Assembly: GCA_951406725.2 (NCBI GenBank)
Contig: OX597818.1
Span: 68,324,001-68,388,000 of the forward strand
Source: Octopus vulgaris
Lineage: Eukaryota
Length of the DNA: 64,000 nucleotides
Direction of reading: 5' to 3'
The position numbers and the translations under genes were made by a program. The notes beneath the pieces are model-generated. The model was given only the letters and a program-made list of their open reading frames with translations, was not told where the DNA came from and searched no databases. Below, piece by piece: positions 56,940 through 64,000 of this stretch; position 1 is the stretch's first letter; every line of letters starts with the position of its first letter.

Positions 56940-58600
56940 ATTTATAAACTCTTAAACTGGCTATTAATCATCAATTGCAAGATGTAAACATCGCAACTGT
57001 AAATGTTGTATTAGTCACACAAGTTCAGCTCTTTCCCGTGGGTTTTCCAACAAAGAGCAACTGCAAAGCTTTAAATCAGCGCACTACAAAAGTAGACGGG
57101 GAAAAATCTATATAATAATCTGCTTGTTCGATCGCCCGTTATAATTCAGTTAGTTGGAGAGGTGGAGGTGGAGTACTGTAAGAGAGAGTGGGGAGGAGTG
57201 TAAGTAGAGAAGAAAGAAGTGAGGAAGAAGTAGAGAAAGATGTGTAATAAGGCCAAATGTGACACGTGATTAGTAGAAGAGAGAGGTGAAGAGCGAGGGA
57301 AAAGATGGTGAGAGAAAAGAGCGAGAGAGAAGGGAGAGAGAAGGAAAGGTAAAGAGAAAGAGATATGTTCAGGATACAATGTTTAGCAGAGGGTGATATT
57401 CTGGTGGTGAGGTTAATGAAAGGTAGATAGAGATGGATCCTTTTCATTCTGTAGAATTACCATTGTTCCTACTAGTACAGATAAAAATTACATTTAACCT
57501 GTATAAAACTCCACACAAAAATATACGATTAAAGATAACAGCAATACAAATAGTTCGCTGCTTAAATAGACATGTCATTATATAATATAGCGCAAGTAAA
57601 AGAAAGGAATACCAAATTGATAAGGTATAAATCTAACGAAGAAAAATCAAAATAACGTTGGTAATGTTGCCATTGAAATTCTGATCGTCGTAATTGCCCT
57701 TCTATCCATAGCGGTAATTGCCCTTCTATCCATAGCGGTAATTGCCCGAGTATTCTATAATATCGTAGCAACACATTTTACTATGACTTCATTCAAAAGA
57801 CGAGAAGAAAGATCGCAGATGATTGTTTTTAAATCTTTCTGTTCTCAACGGCAAGAAATACATACGAAAATATTAAAGAAATGCTTTCAAAAAATCGAAC
57901 TCGATATGTGTGCGTGTCTGTGTTTTATTGTGCATAAATGTGAATGTAAGTATGTATATTATATCTAAAGAGACAGTTCAGAGATATAACAACCAAACTT
58001 GGTTGTAGTTTGTATATAAGTTTCCTTTGTTATTTACCAAGAGAAAAAAAAAAGAAGCCCTCAACGGATCTTGCTGGTAAAATAAAGCAGGAAAAACTGC
58101 ACAAAACATGATTCGAAAGAAATAGAATTGTAGAATTCGAGGATGGAAAATTCTAGATATTAATTTGCAACAGTTTGCGTGAATGTGTTTGAGAAAAAGT
58201 ACAACAATAAGTCAATTAGATGATTTGTTTTGCAGGAATGTTATGGACAATGTTCGTAGATGTTTTTCATGTTTTCGTGTCAATGGGATAATTTATGTTG
58301 GATAGTTAATTCTGTGCAAATGGAAAAATGCTCACCATACGAAGAAAAGTAACTTCAACTTATACATATTTATTAGCGGTAATTTTACAGTAGCAATGGC
58401 GAAGCAGACGTTGGGTGTTATTAAGGAGTATGCAGTGCGAGTAGGATATAATCTGACACAAGACTGTTGCCAGAATAAAAAAAGTCAGAAGCTAAGAGAG
58501 ACTGGTCAGACTCGAGCGAAGTTTGTCCAGTGGGAAATGTAGAAGAGAATAAATGTTTCCGTGCTATATCAGTAAATTAGCTCCGCAAATTATTGGACTG
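56940..58600 (-). pseudogene. CNBD-channel module C2, decayed
   Basis: 'KITANKYV*..FLRMVSIFP' (S2-S3); 'LIVVLFLKHIHANC' (S5); 'AHISSSI', 'DLSSRLLNEVI', 'ILGQLP' (C-linker); 'LLFVGKP' (PBC-like). Confidence 0.55.
57690..57747. repeat. 24-bp tandem duplication (2.4 copies)
   Basis: gtaattgcccttctatccatagcg x2 plus gtaattgccc. Confidence 0.97.
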
Positions 58601-59019
58601 TGATTGGTTAAAATAAGAGACGTGACAAAGGTATATCACCTGTCGAAATGTGGTCGACGCATACGTGTACGTATCCACATGTGTGTGTTTGTGTGTGTTT
58701 ATGTGCATGAATGCATGTATGGCATCTTTCTGTGTTTGTATATAAATTATAAATGTTGTTCATATTGTTAATCTAATCTAATCCTGTTTCAAGTTGCATT
58801 CATTCAAGTCTGGCTTATTTCTGCAGAAAGCCGCGCATGTTTTGCTTGTTGATTTCTACATTGGATCGAAGAGTCTGACTTATTCTGAGAATGTCCGGAC
58901 GTTTTCCTCATTTAGGAGGACAAATCAGGTCGAAACACGTTCCTCACGTCGATCTGGGCGAAGTCTGCGCTTTTTATAGTCTCTTAAAAGGCAATGTTTA
59001 TTTATATACATGCGTGTAT

Positions 59020-59075
<56 letters not shown>

Positions 59076-59076
59076 A

Positions 59077-59953
59077 GTGGGTTGTCAGCTAAATTCGTTC
59101 GTCTATTTAATTTATTTTGATCTTTTTTATCAACAGTTTTCACAGATCACTCAACAATAAACTCTCTTGGTTCACAACAATTTCTTGCCAACGCTCCATT
59201 AACTTGTGATCGCCTTCACAGTAGAATTCATTTGGGCATATTTTAGTCTCCACGTCATTGTTGAACAAAACGCTTTGCTGACTGTTGAAGAGCGACAGAA
59301 AAAGTTAATATTCTGAAGACCCTGTGTCAGAACAATACGTTGGGTGTGGCAATATGTCTTAGCCGAGGTTTTGAATAACATATTTGATCTAATTAGCGAC
59401 ATATGAGCGATAGGTGTGCCGTTGAAGAATCACGACGTGTCGCCGTCGGTTGGTTCCTTTCAGTCGGATTGCCCATGGAGTGCGGTGACGGCCGATGTTA
59501 TCAAGAGAGCATCCCATTAGCCGAGTCAATTCTCAAGTTGATTGGCGCAGAATCACGGGGATAAGTTTGCTTAATTGAATATGAACTGAACACGGACACT
59601 GTGTGAGTTCAACTTTACCCTCCTGTAAGCGTTTAAACCTTCTCTGTGGTGTTCTTTCAGCAATAGCGCCTTCTCTGTTTGCAATACAAATGTCTCCAGG
59701 GGCTTTGGTAGCAATGGAATTTTCACTGAAACCCAAGGGAAGCAGGTTTCGAAAATGGTCTTATTTTTCTTCTTGGCACTCTATCGCCACTTGTATTCAA
59801 AGAGGTAAAATTTATTCAAATGTTGAAAACTATAAACGACAGTTATAGAGAAAGAATAAAGCTACAAGATCTTAAAACACTATGGTAAAAATATTTATCC
59901 TGCTCGTTCAAATAATGTTGGAAAGAAGTGATCGAATTTATTTGACAACTCAC
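59077..59953 (-). mobile_element. Internally deleted mariner element with TIRs
   Basis: TIRs gtgggttgtcagctaaattcg / cgaatttatttgacaactcac; N-term 'HFRNLL..DIC..EGAIAERT'; 'ILPHPTYCSD' (cf. LPHPPYSPD); C-term 'KLMERWQEIV'. Confidence 0.88.
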
Positions 59954-60249
59954 TCCTTTAATACATTAGTGTAAATGTAACCACCCACCAAATGCAATTA
60001 CGTCCCCGGTCTCGAATAATAACAACCACCAATTACCTTCCTTAGATTATTTTCTACATCCTGGTTCATTTACTAACAAACTCTCATACAAGCAACATGG
60101 ACTAAAAACTTCGTAAGAAAATACGTAATTGCAATATTTTACCAATTTCACAATGATTAGCGAAACGCGAAACGGGTGGATTATCATAATATTCTATCCT
60201 TCAAAATATACTTTAAAATTTTAATTATGTGCATTTTCCTTCTCGTATC

Positions 60250-60281
<32 letters not shown>

Positions 60282-61108
60282 TTGCATGCATATCCTTTCG
60301 GTTGTGTTTATTGAAGAAGAATTTCATCATTCGTGTTAAGTAAACTAGTGATTCCATTGATATGGTTTGAGATCAATAATGCATAGAACCAGCTTCAGAC
60401 AGGGACAGTCTTATAACTGCCTGTCCCTGAACTGTGCCTGATTCTCACCTGACGGTACGGGCATTTTTCTAGATCACACATTCTTAGTTTTTGCTTTTGG
60501 AATAGACACTCTACCCCAGTCTGTAGCAGCTCTACTGTAGCCCAGAGTTCAGTTCTATCTTTCATTCTTCTCTAACCCTCTGCACACTAGCGTCATCTGC
60601 ACACGCGCTGGACTCCTCACATCTAATCTACGCTGACTTCACGAACAGGTACTTTGAAAACACCTGGTACCAATATTTTATTTCTCGAAAGCACTAAACA
60701 AAACGAAGCATTTTTTTATATCTAGAAAACATTCTCACCGTTCGCTTCTTCCTTAGAAAGGAGTAAATGACAATATTCATGGGAGAAGTTATACAAATGA
60801 GAAATTTGTTTCAATTTGTTTTAAGGTAATACATTATTTTTAAAAATTAGTATTGAATTAATCAATTTGTGTATGCACCAAGAAAAATTTGATAAACATT
60901 AAATTTTAATTATTATATGTTTGCTATATTTCCTGATATTACCCGTTATGGCAAAAGGATATTGCCAAAGTCACCGGTCACATGACGAACAACACTCGGG
61001 ATTGGAAACTAATAAGGAATTTAATAAAATAATTTTATCATTATTAAGCTGATGTTTGGAACATAAATTTATATGAAATTTTGATGGGAGATTTTAATTT
61101 AGATCAAT

Positions 61109-61371
61109 TTAACTCTTTTGTTACCATATTTATGCTGAAAACGCTGCTTTTATTTCGATTAATTTTTAAGTTATGAAGTCTTTAGTAAAATATCACTCTA
61201 ATTAGAGAATTATTTCATTAAATAGTTGTTTTAGTTATTAAACTAAAGCTGGTGTATCGAACATGAATTAGCATGAAATTCTGCGGAACGGCTTTAATTC
61301 AAATGATTTTATAACGGGATGTTAATGCCATGGAAGCATGGGTAGTCTTAGGTAGGTATCGAACGGGTTAA
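61109..61371. mobile_element. piggyBac-type MITE
   Basis: TTAA-ctcttttgttacc ... ggtatcgaacggg-TTAA; a partial related copy lies immediately left (61025-61108). Confidence 0.6.
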
Positions 61372-62034
61372 AAAAGGTGACTAATATACTTGACTAAAGA
61401 TCCAGGGACCCAGGGGTGTAACATAAATTGTGAGAACTAGTAAAGTCAGTGAAATATCTTTTCTGTGTCTGGCCCATTGTTCAATGGGATTAACTCTCTA
61501 GCGAACGTGACTGACATCACAGATCATAATTCAACACATCTACAAATAGTTGCAATGTTTCGTAATGTTTCTAGTTTCAATGAGAGTGATATAGTGGTAT
61601 ATTTAGTGGTTCTCAGATGCTACACGTATAAACAGAATGTGCTTTTTATATCCAACCAAATTAGATGTTTTATGACAATAGTTCCCTTTCATTAGAAACT
61701 CTTTAATTTCATTTGATTGTTATTTGATCATATCTTCAATGTAAATACGACTACACTGGTAATGACACCTACATATACACACCAACACACACGCGCACAC
61801 ATACACACACGCATATGTATGTATATATTATTATGTGAATGAGGGAGGGGGCTGAGTGGGTCATTCAGCCGGCGACTCCTTTGAAACATTCGTGTATTTA
61901 TTAATAATTGTATCATATCTGGGTATAAACGAGTATATATTCATTTATGTTTATATCTTTAAATATATACTTAATTTTTTTATTTTCTTTTTATTTTATA
62001 TTCATATATGTGTGTGTTTATATACACTTATATA

Positions 62035-62073
<39 letters not shown>

Positions 62074-62123
62074 GTATATATACACACATACATATATATA
62101 TATGTATATATATATACATATAC

Positions 62124-62183
<60 letters not shown>

Positions 62184-62974
62184 ATGTACATACGTATATA
62201 TACATATATATATATACATATATATTGTGAATTCTCTGTATGTATGTATGTAATATATATGTATATATATATAAATAAATGTATATATATATACGAGTAT
62301 GTCTCAGCGTATGTATCTGTATATTATGAATCTATGAGTAAATATGAAGTGCGTGTATATATATATGTGTGTGTGTGTATATATACACATACTCACGCAC
62401 TCACACACACACTCTCTCCCTTACACACACTCACACATATATATAGAGAGAGACACACACACAGAATCAGAGGATGGTGAGTGAATGGGAAATGGAAACT
62501 TATAAATATAGTCGTACTGTTATATTTCTAAACTCCGTAATAAGGAAATATTTAAACACAAAATATACGCCATTGTTTATACTGAAATGCTTGGTCAACA
62601 CAACAAATAAAATATCAATTGTGCACCAATTAGATATCTCTTTCTCTTTTAAATTAACCATATAAATTTTATGTTATCAAGGGGATGTTTGCATAATTAC
62701 TGTATACAATGATGTTCTTCAGATTGTGAAGTATTGTTTAAGATAGAGCTTTTTCTGTTACAGTAATAATAATAATAGTGTTGTTACTGCGTGGTGGTGG
62801 CGGTGGCTGCTGCGGCGGCGGCGGTGGTTGTGGTGGTGGACTAGGATGGGTAGTGGTGGTAGTTCTTTTAGCCCCAGGTCTGTTGTGATCATGCAAACTT
62901 GTTTGCAATGTAGCGCCAGACATGATCATTCATGCCTTATGCACATAGCTGCAACTACGTCATCTAATATACTC

Positions 62975-63080
62975 ATTTCTTTACTACCCATAAGGGGCTA
63001 AACACAGAGAGGACAAACAAGGACAGACAAACGGATTAAGTCGATTACATCACCCCCAGTGCGTAACTGGTACTTAATTT
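62975..63080 (-). mobile_element. SINE family 1, 3' fragment
   Basis: Matches 17385-17480. Confidence 0.8.
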
Positions 63081-64000
63081 ACGCCTTTACATAATCTAAT
63101 ATACCATCTGCATATTTTTGCGAGAAAGGTGTGCCTTGGAGGAGATTTGGCTGCTGTTTCTAACAGTTCAAGTGATGTTGTAAAAACATCGACTTCTTCA
63201 TTGGGTTGTAGATTCTAGGTAAGGCCAGAGCAGGGGCGGTAATACTCGACTTGGGGTAGAACTTGTTATTTCTGAGAAGAACTTGCTGTTTCCTTTAAGT
63301 ATTACATTCAGCTTTTAACCAACAGCAATTTTATTGCTCATGTTGATGTTCTTGCTATTTTAGAACCAAATCTTCCCTGATCAAGGTCATATATGACCGC
63401 ATGGCATTACAGTCATGACTATCCCATATTTTACTAATCTAAAATCAAACAGTCACCATTCACAAGGGCGTATGACTTGATAGCATGCACCGAACTTTTG
63501 CTAATTGTTTTAGCCGCCTTTGTAGTCATGAGCTGACATAGAGATCCACGTGACCCTTCTACCACGCAGTACAGTGGAACAGAAGGGAGAATACGAGTGA
63601 AGAGAGAAAGAGAGAGAGAGAGAGAGCTACATCAGCTCAATACTGGTATCTTTTTCAGTTATGTATGCTGAAATAATGTACTTTTTCCAAGGTCAAAACG
63701 CACTGCCAGGTGTGGAGATGAACGTAGGATCTTTTGATGTTGAGCCTAACACATCCTTTACAACAGAACCTCAGAAGAGTCATATAGTCCATACATGTTT
63801 TTAAAAAACCATCCACAATAAACAGACTCTAAGTTTACTGAATGAGATACTGTCGAATGCTTTATTCTTTAAGCTTTATTCTTTAAGCTCCGAATCTTTA
63901 GTCATTAACTCCCTTGAGTATTTTACAATAAAGACGACAATAGTTCCATCCTAGATTTTTGTTAGAGAAACTTTACACAGACTTTGCACTTCGTTAATGA

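Larger units (their letters stand above)
58790..62760 (-). pseudogene. CNBD-channel module C1, decayed and TE-interrupted
   Basis: S2 'TIDILFVV'; S4-S5 'FIRV*HLRTTKY..RNIATICRCV'; pore 'KFLISF..(fs)TGDFGNIL'; S6 'IVIYSFL'; CNBD 'VSRFANH..','YEVFSP','GTCFDLI..GKRPDILR..EINKQNMRGFLQK'. Confidence 0.55.

Noticed and set aside
60399-60430. 9-bp inverted repeat cagggacag/ctgtccctg
   Set aside because: An isolated short hairpin with no supporting context.

Overview
AT-rich, repeat-saturated animal genomic DNA. The tRNA-derived SINE families and the very heavy microsatellite load point to an octopus (coleoid cephalopod); this is inferred, not proven. Most ORFs in the track are microsatellite artefacts. 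Recognisable mobile elements are RTE, R4/Dong, HERO-type, CR1-like and Penelope retroelements, mariner/maT relics, Helitron-, pogo- and piggyBac-type non-autonomous elements, four SINE-like families and Penelope-type hammerhead motifs. The main hidden signal lies in the unique sequence between the repeats. Translated by hand on the minus strand from about 62.7 kb down to about 10.3 kb, it gives an ordered series of roughly 10-12 decayed 6TM + C-linker + cyclic-nucleotide-binding (CNBD) channel modules, the building block of CNGK/tetraKCNG-type channels. A weaker inverted partial copy may sit at about 1.7-4.7 kb. The modules carry stops, frameshifts and TE insertions, except for one run of phase-consistent exons at 10.5-18.6 kb. 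All protein assignments come from manual motif matching against remembered HCN/CNG/KCNH/CNGK consensus and need HMM confirmation; module boundaries are approximate.
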